From Eledone cirrhosa (lineage: Eukaryota): a stretch of DNA of 64,000 nt. The notes beneath the pieces were generated by a model. The model was not told the origin of the DNA. It worked only from the letters and a program-made list of their open reading frames with translations, and made no database searches. Position 1 is the stretch's first letter. Every line of letters begins with the position of its first letter. This document shows, piece by piece, positions 36,394-49,800 of this stretch. The position numbers and the translations under genes are program-made. The stretch lies in NCBI GenBank assembly GCA_964016885.1, contig OZ024741.1, forward strand, positions 112,964,001 to 113,028,000, in the 5' to 3' direction.

Positions 36394-36568
36394 GTGGTTA
36401 CACAACAGTTAGTTCACCATACCGAGAACAATTGTTTCACCTTAGCGGATCCTCAGCTCGTAATGGACATGGTTATACAGAACTGTTGTGTAACCACTTC
36501 TAACTAACTCATCCCATGGACTGAGTGCTCTACCACTACGGATATTACTTTCCAGTGTTCTACCAATA
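36390..36568. mobile_element. Short Penelope-like fragment with 21-bp inverted repeat, in (TA)n
   Basis: agaagtggttacacaacagtt (36390-36410) pairs with aactgttgtgtaaccacttct (36481-36501); a hammerhead lies between them. Confidence 0.6.
36423..36460 (-). ncRNA. Very minimal type I hammerhead motif (38 nt)
   Basis: Minus strand cgag-CTGAGGA-t.cc(gctaa)gg.t-GAAA-CAATTG-TT-ctcg. Palindromic stem III ACAATTGT; GUU triplet. Confidence 0.6.
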
Positions 36569-36580
36569 TATATATATATA

Positions 36581-37567
36581 CTAGCATTAAAGCGCGGCGT
36601 TGCTCGGGGTCAGTAAGTTACAAAAGTTAGGTTGCACCACCCATTTTATGGCAGCACTTTTTTGTCTGCTAGGCACTGGGTGAATGAATTACAGACCTGG
36701 ACTGCCGAAGCAGGAGCTGCGCCAGCAGTGACAATTGTAGTTTCGCCTATGGATATTACCTCTGTGCAAAGAAGTGTTGAAATTTATTGTTTCACAGTAC
36801 TTGCGCAACACGCGCGTAGACGATGCCAGCCGAACAACAGGGCTGCGATAGAGTTGTTCTGCATGGTTGTCTAATGTGTGTTTTCTAAATTTAAGACAGT
36901 AGGGAGTGGTGTAATATGGGGGAGAGTTAGCTGCTGTTTCTAGCAGGTTTAGTGACCTCATAGAAGGTATGTTTTCTAAATTTAAGACAGTAGGGAGGGG
37001 TGTGATATGGGGGAGAGTTAGCTGCTGTTTCTAGCAGGTTTAGTGACCTCATAGAGGGTATTATTGTGTATAGTAAATAAACTGATACTTCTTTCTTCCA
37101 TGTTCGTTGATAGATGTTTTAAAAAAGATTTATCGCTATTTTTTTTGTTGTTGCTTTTGAATAATTGTTGTTTCGTATGAAATGTAATAAGTTCTCTTTG
37201 TCATTGAAGTAAATAAATGTTTGACCGTTCCACACTCAAAAACAAACGTTCTCTCTCTCCCTCTCACTCTCTTCGGCATTCCTAAAGGAAGTTTGTAAGC
37301 ATGTATGTAGTTTTATCGAATTTTAAGGGGAGTAGAGAGAGAGAGTAAATCAGATTGTATTAGAGGGGGTAAAGCGTCATGTATTTAGTTTTATCGATTA
37401 TTTCCGTAATTCTGGGTGAATTTGATGAAATAAATAGTTGTTGACCTAAGTTAGACCATTTACAACATTTTTACAAACTTTGCGTCTAATCGGTTTGAGA
37501 TTGTGCAAATGTATAAACATGGAACATGCACACACAACAACAATCTGCCTTTTAAAGATAATGATGA
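36581..37567 (-). mobile_element. Non-autonomous Helitron
   Basis: Minus-strand 3' end ccccgagcaacgccgcgc..CTAG|T in (TA)n. 5' end TCATCATTATCTTTAAAAGGCAG..caaaccgattag..caaagtttgt. Internal ~91-bp direct repeat at 36880-37060. Confidence 0.7.
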
Positions 37568-37872
37568 TATACAATAACGTATGTCCATAGAATCATTTGA
37601 TAAGATATATACACCATCTCCTCTCCCAATAAGCATAATCAACCACACAAAAAAACAATTAAACCAGGCTATAAGATTAAAAGGCACCTATGACGAAATA
37701 ATAGATAAATAAACGACAGCCATCTATTCGCGATCAACAGCTATAGAATATTTACCCAGCATTTCAATAGCACGTGGAAATCGATTAAATATATTGTCAA
37801 CCATACACAATTAGGTATAAAATTAAAGTTAGAAGAAAAAATGTATATAAACATACCAATATATATATATAT

Positions 37873-38528
37873 GGCCAGTATGACTCTCTACGAAATCATC
37901 TATTCCCTTACCTCCCTTCCTCTCTCTTTTTGGGGTTTACGATGAACCTCTTTGAAATCCTAGCATATTTGCCTTGTCTAATATAGGTACTTGTATCGGT
38001 TTATTTCACCCAAATCTCCTGAGATGCTATAAGCCATGATGGCTACCCACTCTCTCTCTCTCTCTCAAAGCCACCTACCGTCTACCTATTACCTCCCTTT
38101 CTCTTCCATTCATCCTTCATTCATCTCGAGGTTTTTCACGAGATTAGACACACCTGATTCTGAAAGACTAAAATGAATTACTAGAACAAACTGCTAAACC
38201 ATATTCCAGCCATCCATATATCTTCTGGGTAACTCTCTTTCCCAATTGCAAATGTTCGGCTCACACTATTATTATTATTATTGTTGTTATTTATCATTTC
38301 GCTAGCCTTCACAACACATATTTATTCTTTACCCTTGTTTTTCCCACGCTGGCCAGTATGACTCTCTATGAAGTCATCTATTCCCTTACCTCCTTTCCTC
38401 TCTCTTTTCGAGGTTTATGATGAACCTCTTCGAAATCCTAGCATATTTGCCTTGTCTAATATAGGTACTTGTATCGGTTTATTTTACAAAAATCTACTGA
38501 TCTCAGTGTATAAGCCATGATGGCTACC
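37873..38528 (+). repeat. ~175-bp direct duplication upstream of the RTE ORF
   Basis: ggccagtatgactctct..tataagccatgatggctacc occurs at 37873-38047 and 38351-38528. Confidence 0.85.
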
Positions 38529-38699
38529 TATCTCACAATTTCGACCAATCAAACCTCAGCATGTCCCACCCATTACCAACCCCAACAAACTCTGCCATTA
38601 CTACTACTATTACTACCTTTCTTCTCACCCTTATTAGCCTCAACAAACCTTGCCATTATTACCACCACTGTTCTTCTAGCCCTGAATTCTCTTACCATT

Positions 38700-41600
38700 A
38701 TATATGGATGAACTGAGAATAAATGGAGCAACCCCGAATTAATAAATGAATATGAATCCGCGAGTTACAAAGCACCCATGCAAAGCTTTAATTCGGAGAC
38801 AGGAAGCATACACACACCCCACAAAAATTTACCCTTTCCCACGAATGTTGGCAAATGCCCCAAACTCTGAGTTGGAACCATCAATGTAAGCACAATGAAA
38901 GGAAGAGCAGGAGAAATTGTAGAGATGCTAGAGCAAAAGGAAATTGATGTATGCTGTGTGCAAGAGACTAGATGGAGAGGAGAGTCTGCTAGAGTCCTTG
39001 TAGGCAAAAGTCAGAGCTACAAATTTTTCTGGGTGGGAAATGACAATGGGATGGATGGTGTAGGTATTCTACTAGCTGACAAATGGGTAGATAAAGTAAT
39101 CTCAGTGTACAGGGTAAATGCAAGAATCATTAAACTCAGACTAGTCCTGAATAAAACAATTACCACAATAATATCAGCTTACGCACCCCAATCTGGGTTG
39201 CCAGACGAACTTAAGGATAGGTTTTACAAGTCCCTAATGCACACTACTGTTCTGACAAACGACAATAACTTCCTAATTATTGCAGGAGATTTTAACGGAC
39301 ACGTAGGTAAACACCGTGACAGCTTCTATAGAGTCCATGGAGGCCACGGGTTTGGCACAAGAAATGAAGAAGGCTTCAGGCTTCTAGAATTCCGCGTCGT
39401 CAATGACATGTTGATATGTAACACAAACTTCAAAAAACCTGACAACCATCTGATCACCTATAGATTAGGGGAGCATTCTAGTTAGATAGATTTTATCCTC
39501 ATCAGAGGACGTGACAGATGGACGGTTGTAAACACAAAAGCCTTCCCAGGTGAGGAATGTACCTCCCAACATAACTTAGTTGTCAGTGACCTCATTGTCA
39601 GAACTAGATGAACTTGGAAACAGAAGGCAACCTGGAGAAGAAAGATCTGGAAGCTGAAAGACCCCTCAGCCAGTAACAGATTTAAAGATATTTTACTTGA
39701 CACCTATGACAGTAAAGAAGAACAGATACAGACATTCAATGTAGAAGTGCCCTGGGAGTTCCTAAATAATAACTTACTAAAGGCGATGGATGAGATCTGT
39801 GGTTGGAGTAAGACCACAGGCAGAAGGAGAGTGGCTTGGTGGTGGAACAATAAGATAGATGAGCCAGTTAAGACTAAGAGACAGGCATGGAAAGAATTGA
39901 AGAATGGAGGAAGCAGGGTACGTTACATAGAGACCAGGAGGGAAGCTAGGCGACAAGTATACTTAGTTAGGAGGGAAGAGGAGGATAGAAACTTCAAGCA
40001 TGTCTTGCAACGTGAGGACCAGAAACAGGAGGTGTTCAAGATTGCGAGGCAGTGTGTCAGAGAGAATTGTGATGTCTTTGGAGAGAAGTGTATCCGGAAT
40101 TATAAAATTGAGCTTGCCCTCACAAGTGCTGAGAAGAAGGATGTGTGGAAGAGCCATTATGAAAGATTACTAAATGAGGAGAATGCATGGGAAGAAGAAA
40201 CCCTACCCCAAGTAGAACATATAGAGGGGTCAGCAGTACAGGGCAGCAGCAGCGTAGTAAGTCAGGCAATCAAATATATGAATACGGGGAAGGCAACCGG
40301 TCCATCGGGTATAGCTGCTGAGATGCTGAAGGCATCTGGGTCGGTAGGTCACACCATAACCACACGTATTGTTAACCAGGTAATACTAGAAGGTGTCATA
40401 CCAAAGGATTGGTGCAGCAGCATCATTGTCAACTGCTACAAGGGTAAAGGTGATGCACTAGATAGAGGAAACTATAGAGGTATAAAGTTGATGGACCAGG
40501 TCATGAAAGTAACAGAAAGAGTCATAGCACAGTTGATTAGGGACCTGGTGAAACTAGATGAGATGCAATTTGGGTTTGTGCCAGGAAAAGGCACCACTGA
40601 TGCCCTATTCTTTGTGAGGCAGTTACAGGAAAAGTACCTAGCTAAAAGTAAGCCGCTCTACCTGGCATTCGGCGATCTGGAGAAAGCCTTTGACAGAGTT
40701 CCCCATGCTATAATCTGGTGGGTTCTTAGAAAACTATGAGTAGATGAACTGCTTATGAAAGATGTACAAGCCATGTATAGGGGAGCAGTGAGCAAAGTTA
40801 GGATTAGCAATGACTATAGCAAGGAATTTAGCATACAGGTCGGTGTCCACCAGGGCTCTGTTCTTAGCCCTCTCCTGTTCATCATAGTTTTGCAGGCAAT
40901 AACAGAGGAGTTTAAAACCGGTTGCCCATGGGAACTCCTGTATTCAGATGACCTCGCACTTATAGCTAAATCTATGGTAGAACTAGAGAAGAAATTCCAA
41001 ACATGGAATCAACGACTAGAAAGAAAGGGTCTCAAAGTCAACCTGACAAAACTAAGGTCCTTGTAAATAGACGAGAAAACAGAACCCAGATCCCCCCCCC
41101 CCCCCCGGGAAATGGCCTTGCTCAGTATGTAGGAAAGGTATAGGTAGGAACTCCATTCTCTGCCCCAAATGCAAACAATGGGAACACAAGAGATGTAGTG
41201 GGATCTCAGGAAGCTTAACTAAGAATGTAGGCTTCACATGTAGCAGCTGTGCTGGGACAGCAAACAGCCACAGAAAACAAGCACCACCAAACTCAGGGAG
41301 GGCTCTGTAGAAATAGTAGACAGCTTCTGCTACCTAGATGACCGAATTAGCAGCGGAGGTGGGTGTTTGGAAAGTACAATAACTAGGGTAAGAACGGGAT
41401 GGAAGAAGTTCAAGGAACTACTGACACTGCTAGCTGCAAAAGGCTTTTCTCTCAAAATGAAAGGCAGACTGTATGATGCGTGTATACGAACAGCATAGTT
41501 ACATGGTAGTGAGACCTGGCCGCTGTCTGTAGAAGACTTGCGCAGATTAGAAAGAAATGAAGCCTGCATGCTCCGATGGATGTGTAATAGTAATATACGC

Positions 41601-42209
41601 AAATGGCAAAGCATAAACGAATTGAAAGAGAGACTGAGCATAAGAGGAATTAAATGGTGTGTGAAGGAGAGGTGGTTGCATTGGTATGGACATGTGATGC
41701 GTATGAAGGATGACAGCTGCACAAAAAGGTGCAGAGCCCTAGAAGTCGATGGAAACCGCAGAGTGGGGAGACCCAAGAAGACCTGGGATGAGGTGATAAA
41801 AGCCGGCCTTACCCAATTACACCTCTAAAAGGCGATGACACACAACCGTGTCCTCTGGCGCCACGCAATAATACAGAAGACCCAAATCCCCATGGGTACA
41901 AGCCGAAGCTGAAGTATATAGACAATATGCCCCCACACCGTCCCACTGCAAAGTTGTCATGGAGGTGCCACGACAAAAAAGCACCCAGCCCACACTGTAA
42001 AGTGGACGTGTAGTCACCACAGAATAAAGCACCCAGCACTCACTGTAAATGAGGTTGGTGTTAGGAGGGGCATCCAGCTGTAGAAATCAAGCCAGAATCT
42101 GTTCCTGTATGAGCAAGACAACGTCAGCCAACTGGACACAGCTCACAACAGGACAACCCGTCTAACCCATGCTAGCATGGAAGAACGGACGTAAAAAGGT
42201 GATGATGAT
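38700..42209 (+). mobile_element. Near full-length RTE-clade LINE (APE, RT, PHD-like finger), inactivated; the 5' end may extend to ~37873
   Basis: APE motifs VGTINVSTM, CCVQETRW, SAYAPQ, AGDFNGHVG, IDFIL, SQHNLVV. RT motifs as in the 2669-3760 copy (YSDD here). Stops and frameshifts; 3' UTR ending gatgatgat. Confidence 0.95.
38868..41900 (+). pseudogene. Disrupted single RTE ORF (endonuclease-reverse transcriptase)
   Basis: ORF pieces 38895-39485, 39747-40739, 40755-41066 and 41538-41828 are collinear. Confidence 0.92.
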
Positions 42210-45200
42210 ATATCCAATGTGCTTCTGCAGTTTTCATCTACCAAAATTCACTCAAAAGCATTGGTCAACCCAGGGCTATATTAGAATAGACATGACCAAA
42301 GTGCCATGCAGTGTGATTGAACCCATTGCCACACAATTATGAAGTGAATTTCTTAACTCCACAGCAATTCTTGCACCTATTTTACATATTTTAACCAAAA
42401 CTTCAAACACTTCCAGCATGTCATATTGAATCAAATAATTCATTTCATGCACAAAATAGAAAATGAATTGAATAGCCCTGAATATTGTGAATTCTGTGGT
42501 GGAAAAGAATGTCCCATTCAATTTATTCCTATATATTTCATTAATGCATTTTCCATTGCATTGTGTTGCATTTCCATTTTATTGTATCATCATCTGCATC
42601 GAACATCCTTATCAGCATCATCCTGACCATTATTATAAACTGCATAATTATTATCAGCATCATCATCAATGTCAGCATTATCACTATCAACATCATCATC
42701 AAAATCATTTTCATCATCCTTATCATCATCATCATCATCATATGGATGTTTGAGTGTGTGTGTGTTTGCTTTTTTGTTTTCATTGTGACAATATCAGAAC
42801 TGTTATTATTGAGACACAAATAGCATTGTATACATTTAAAATACATTTAGTATATCTTTATTCTTGAAAATTATCAAAGACATCATGAACACACACACAA
42901 ACATACTTATGTCTGTGTATGTGGTGGTAGAGAGAGGATGTGTGCATATTGTATGTATCAAAGTGCATTTGTTTGCTCTACTAAAGCTTGTGTGTGTGTC
43001 AAACTACATATATATCATCATCATTATCACTTAACATCTATTATTCCTTGCTAGCATGGTTTGGGAAGGTCAGAACTAAATCTGAGTTACTTTCCTCTGA
43101 AAAATGGGCTTAGGGCCATATCCTGCCAACATATGTTCTGGGTTTGGCAGGATTTCTGCAGCTGGATGCACTTCCAATCACCAACGACTCTGTAAATTTG
43201 TTGGTGCCAAGAAGGAATTGAATATTGTCATAAATCACTGCCTCACATTCACGATGAAAATGTAGCCTGTCATAAAACCCATGTGTGTGTGAGAGAGAGA
43301 TTGAGAGATCATGATCACTGTTTAATGTTTATTTTCCATCCTTACCATGGGTTAGACATGTTGTCATGTTATGAGGCTAGAGAAGTCAGGTGACCACGTC
43401 CTGTTCATACATTCTATTTTGGGCTTGATTTCTATCACTGAATCCACTTTCTAACATCAACCCCTTTTCAGGGTTGACTGTGGGTATTTTATCATGGCGC
43501 CAGCATCTTACAGGTTAGACTTGGTGCTTTTTATTGTGGCATCAGCACAATCACCTCACAGTATGAGCTGGTTGCTTTTTATCATGTCACCAGCTGTACT
43601 GCCTTACGGAGTGAACCAGGTGTATTCTGTTCCCCTTTAACATTCAGAAGTCTCAATCTAATGAGAGGTCAAACTATGTCTAGAATTTACAGCATGCATG
43701 GCTGTATGGTTAAGAAGTTTTCTTCACAACCATGAGTGTTTCTGAGTTCAGGCTTGCTGTGAAGCAATTTAGGAAAGGGTCTTCTCTTGTAGTAACCAGT
43801 TGGCCAAAGCAGTGTTAGTGGAATTTGTTAGATGGTAAATGCAGATGTCCGTCATATATATTCATCAGCAGCAGTGTTTTTACGTCCATTTGATTACTTA
43901 TATTCATATATCACATATACAAAATGCAACACATGGTGGTGGATACAAATATGTCTTTGGGTGTGCGTCTGTGTGCTTATACATACTTAGAGCTGAAGTT
44001 CTTGTCTTTGAATATGTTTACCTCCCCTCGCACCACCACCCCCAAAGAAGAAACATGGTGATTAAATAAATCTAGATTGGAAAAGAAGCAATATCTAAAA
44101 AAATAAGAAACAAAAACAATTTTGAAATTTCTCCAATAACCAAAATAGCTCCTGTTTAAATTAATGTTCTATATTTTTGAAGATATTTTATTCCCAAAAT
44201 ATCTCTTTAATAGCATCAAGAGCTAAAATGAATAGGAAAAGATGAACAAAAATATGAAAATGTCCTTGGAAAAATTATTTTATAACTCATACAACTAATA
44301 TTAAAAACATAAACATTGACACCAATAATAACAACAGCCAGAATAAACACCATTAGCAACATGAAGCACCATAACACAAGAATAATAGCAACAAAATTTG
44401 AGAATAAAATAAGTATCCCACAGTAAAAAAAAAAATGAAAATTTAATGTGTAATAGGAATGTTGTTGAAACATTAATAACAAAAACAATTACAACTGGAA
44501 CAAACTGCAACAATGATGTTGATGATGATAATGATGACTGAACCCTTTTCCTGCCACATTTCTTATAGAATACACTGCCTATGATTTTCAATTAATTTTG
44601 AAAATAATCAAGAATTTGGAGGGATTTTAGTAATATAACTAACTTTCTCATTATTAAACTGGAGCTTGGAACATTACATGGAAGGTCTAACATATAATTA
44701 TGATTAAATGATTTTAGGTAAATATAAACACTTTAAAATAAACAGTTTTGTATTGTAGAATCCAGGGCAGTTTTAGAAGCTTTGTTATTAAAAGCGTTAA
44801 TGTGTAACAGGAATGTTATTGGAACATAATCAGCCAGCGCAATGATAACAACTCCTATAGCAATGCAAATAATGTTGACTGAAATATTTTCTTCTTCTAT
44901 AAGTAAAAACTTAAGATATTTAGAGTAGGGTAAATAAGATGTGATAATTCAAATAATTTTAACTTGAGCTTCAGTGAAAAGAAAAGGTGTTAGCTGCATA
45001 TCTAAATTTGTGTACACCTTTTGATTTTGCAATTAATAATTCTGCTAGAAGTGTGTCAGCTGAGTTTGGTACTTGGAGAAAGCTTTTATTCTGTGTAATC
45101 TGGTCCAAGTTCTGACCTCTAATAAAGAAAACATAGAAAGAAACTACATAGTCGCTGGCTAAATGCTGAAGGACAGCAATTGTAAACTTCCTGATATAAA

Positions 45201-47267
45201 TCACAATTTAGATCCATACTAAAATGTAATAAAGAGGTCCAGGCTTCATCTTCCATTAATCATCATCCATCAACCTCAAATCTAGTTGCTCTTGACAGTG
45301 CAGTTAACTGAATCTTGTATTCCAGCAACTGATAAAGATACCTTAATATATTCTTAATAACATCATTAGTATAAAACTTTATCAAGCGTTTTTTTTATTC
45401 TTAAATCTTGTATGATGATACTAAAATTTATTTTTGTAAGAAACAAGCCTACTTATAAATTTGTTAACTTTTAAACTGTTTATGGACTTTTCGTGACACA
45501 AATACCAAAGAAAATATGTAGTTGATTTGTCAAATTATTTTAACTGGAAACAAACCTTTACAACCATTGTGTAATGGTGGTTTGGCCTTTGCAAATGTAA
45601 AGACCATTCATTGCCTTGCTTCATGCTATCCTCCCATGCTTCTTTACTTCTAGAAATTCACAGTCTCTTGTGTATTAACAGAAATTTTATTTCCTCTGGG
45701 TAATGATGTAGGTGGCTTTAACAGAGTAGATAAAGTGAACTTAGAAGCTGTTTTGATAAGATCTAAATTTCATAGTTTGCTAATGTAACCAAGAGACTCA
45801 TTATTATCATCATCATAATCATCATCATGTATCCATTTTTTATGCTGCCATGCATTGGACAGGTTGTCATGGTTTGAATACCTAGTCTTGCTCATACATT
45901 CCATTTTTGCATGGCTTCTGTGGCTGGATTCCTTTCCTAACACAAACCACTTTACACAGTGGACTTGAACCAATACATTAGCTATGTAGAGAAAGAATTC
46001 AGTTGCATGGATCAATGCTTTGCATATTGATAATATTGGCAATTTATTGACTAGCACTGAAATACAAATAGTATTGACAGTGAGAGTGGATGTGGATATT
46101 TGTTATCCATACAAATGACATTGTAGAATGTCCATGCAATGTTTAGGATTATCATATTGACTTTCCTGTCAAATGTAGGTTTCTGAGATACTTGGAGATC
46201 AACAGGATAATGAATTGGGCACTTGTCTTAATTGATATTCTATTTGTTCAGGAGCCAGTGTGCTTGGTGTATACTCATGGCAAAGACCATATGTTAAGTT
46301 CTTAAATTAGGGAGACTATCTCCTTATGGTTATCACTGTGGTGGATGTTTTGATGTAAGTCTTGTCCTTAATTGGACTGTACTTGGAGGTTCTGCCACTT
46401 TATCAGATGTTGGCATAGCTGAGTGGTTAAGAAGTTCAATCTGCAATCATAAGGTCCTTAATTCAATTGCACTGTAATATCTCGGGTAAATAAGATTACT
46501 GTAGCCTCAGAAAAACCTAAGTATTGTGAGTGAAGTTGGGTACACAAAAGCTGTATGGAGTCATTGGAGCAGTCACCTGACAAATATTCCTTGTCTCAAG
46601 CATTTTAATCCAGGTGAAGCCCATCTGTCTCTAGATCATAACACAGCCTTTGAGAGAAAGGAAGAGATGTTATAAAAAGAGATATTAGAATCAACACCGC
46701 TAAAGAAGTGTTACTTTATCTATCAACCTCAAACAAATGTAAAGCAAAATTGTCCAGATTTGAACGCAAAATGCAGTAAGCTGGAATAAATACTGAGGCA
46801 TATTTAATCAGATGCTATGCTGCCAATTCATTGCCTTCAGACATATATTACAAATTTATGAAGTGGTTCTTTATATAACCCTATTACTAAATGATACCAT
46901 ATCAAATCTATTTACTTTACCAAAGATTTATTAAAAATATTCAAAAACCTCATTTGAAATATGTGAAACATTTCTGTTCTCTAAATACGAATACACAAGC
47001 AAAACATTTTCAATAAATTACACACACACATATATATATAAACATAAGAAACATTATATATATAAATATTTTATACTCATTTATATTTTATCTTCTCTCA
47101 AGCTCTTAACATAAATGCAAGCATACACATTTATATATATAATTGTAATATATATGAGGTACATATTTCCTAAACGTTTTACATATTAGTACAAGTAGCA
47201 ACTAAGATAGGTCAAATTATTAAATTTATTTTTTTATTCATTTTTAAGTATATGAGATTTATGTAGC

Positions 47268-47298
<31 letters not shown>

Positions 47299-47435
47299 AT
47301 ATGTATGTATATATATATATATGTGTTTGTGTGTGTATATATATATATGCATATACATATATATATAAATGTAAGTATGTGTGTACTAAGTGCCGTACTA
47401 AGAGTGAGAAATGAAATTTCGTTTTCATTTTATTT

Positions 47436-47507
<72 letters not shown>

Positions 47508-47835
47508 GGATATAAATATATATATGTATATGCATATATATACACACACACACACATATATATATACATATATACACACACACATATATATATATAGCTA
47601 CATAATTCTCATATGTATATGTATATATATATATGCATATACATATGCACACACACAACCACACATACACATTTATATACACACTTTTGAGTGCAAAGAA
47701 AAGAAAAGAAAGATCAGCACACAATATGAAGGTTGAGAATATTTAGATTAACACTTTGACTAATTTTTTGGCATTACGAAACAGTTATAAGACCATATAA
47801 ATGATAAGCTCTTTCAGATTTGATAAAAAATATAT

Positions 47836-49030
47836 CTTCTTCTTGGCTCACTTATTCCTGAGAGGGTTGTGGGGTTAGAGTCCTCAAACACGTCATCCAT
47901 CAGGTCCTGTCAGAAGAAGCTATCTCCTATTAATCTGGCTGGATTCCCCAGAGAGACTAGCTGAGCTCATAGATCGTTTCAAACCATCTTGCTTGGGGTC
48001 TAATGCTGCATGTCCTGTTGGTTGGTTTTACCAGTAAAATCTGTCTAGTGATTCTTTCCTTAGACATTCTGACCACATGTCTGTAGTTTTGGAGTTTTTA
48101 TCTCTCAATTAGGAGAAGTAACAGCTCTACCTTGAGTGACCTCCAAGCTATATACTCTATTGAGTAACGTTATTCCAAAGACCCTTCAGAGGAACCCCAT
48201 TTTGGCCCCTTTTATTAATGATCTTATTCTTTCGGGCATCATACAAAATTACTGACCATATGTAAGGGTTGGCCAAATACTACTTGTAAGATAGTAAGTT
48301 TGGCTTTTACATCCACCCTCTTCTAATGAAGAAAGGTGAAGCTGGAACATTACTGCACCAGCTCCAACAATTCTTGACATTAATTCAACCTCCTGCCTTC
48401 CATCATTCATGGAAATGGCCTCAGGATACTTGAACTTCTCCACCTGCTTCAGAAGAACTTCATTCACATGTAAAGTGCACTGCACAAGCATCCTTGAAAG
48501 AATTTGAGTCTCAGCCGTCCCAACATTGATTTTTGTTCCTGCCATGCAGCCAGGAGTTGCAAACCTATCATGTGCTTCTCAAAGACCACCTGATGATTTA
48601 GGTAGTACCATGTAATTTTCAAACTCTAGACACCTGATTCTTCACTTGTCAGTGTTAATACCATTTCTATTCCAGCTGCACAAGTCAATCTTGTTCATAA
48701 AGGTTATGAACAAGGAATGTGACAGTACACACTCTTCGCAGAATCCAATTCCAATGTTAAATGGCTTTGAGAACACCATTTCTCTGGACACAAATACTAG
48801 GCCATTCATATAGAAACTTAAGGCAACAAGAATCTGTCCATCGATCTCATACTCCTGCAGAAAATCCCACAATAAGTCCTGTGGAATGTAATTGTATGCC
48901 TTTTGAGGTTTATGAATTAATTATACACATTTTGGTAAAACTCCTAGGATTTCTTGATGGACCTGCTGCAGTGTGAATATTTGGCTGAATGTGCTGCATG
49001 CAGGCAAAAAATCCCAAACTGTTCATCAAC
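47836..49030 (-). mobile_element. Old RTE LINE fragment ((AAG)n-tail family)
   Basis: LKQVEKFKYP..PTLTYGQ and CVLSHSLFITFMNKI remnants; homologous to ~51330-52512 in opposite orientation. Confidence 0.8.
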
Positions 49031-49256
49031 TTGATTGAAATTGGAAATAAAGAAGCTGGTGAAGAGGCATTTTAATAACATGTGGTATGGTGTTACATCT
49101 GCTATTGCAAGAAAAGATTGCATCATTCTTGTCTTTAAGTACTGTTCTGAGGTTAATGTATATACATATATGTACATATATATATATATGTGTGTGTGTG
49201 TGTGCATGTATGTACATGCACACACACACAGACATTACATGCATAAACACACACAC

Positions 49257-49800
49257 ATCATCATCATCATCATCATCATCATCGTTTAACGTCCATGTTC
49301 CACGCTTGCATGGGTTTGGACGGGAGTTTTCCCACTTGAGGCAAGAGTGGTTGTCATTGCTCACATAGGACTGTCTGGCGGGTTTTCTACAGCTGGATGC
49401 CCTTCCTAACACCAACCACATTTACAGTGTGGGACTGGAAGGTTTTTACCGTGTTGCCTACAGCGTGGACTGTGTGTTTTTTGTCATGACACCTACACGA
49501 TCTCATTTGTTTCGGCCTGGATGTTGTGGCACCAACATAACTTTACATTGAAAGGGGCGGGTGGATGGGACGGGGGTGGTGGAACGGGGGTGTATTTTGT
49601 TAGAGATGCCTACTGACTGTAGTAGGTTTTACTTTGTATTTAGGTAAGGCGGGTCTTCTCTATTACTGAGTACCGCCAAAGATCTCGGTCCAGTGACATT
49701 GTCTTGGAGAGGTGTAAGTGTGTGAGGTCGGAATTTATCAGGTCGTCCCAGGTTTTTCTGGGTCTGCCTACTCCGTGGCTACCGTCTATCTTTAGATTGA
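49257..49800 (-). mobile_element. RTE 3' fragment (C-terminus, 3' UTR, (ATG)n)
   Basis: Minus strand encodes ..DGSHGVGRPRKTWD..; the 3' UTR matches 15568-15855. Confidence 0.8.

Noticed and set aside
44971-45120. Minus-strand terminal exon (acceptor-like tract, GQNLDQ..FSFH*)
   Set aside because: No recognisable homology or partner exons; such signals are common by chance in AT-rich DNA.
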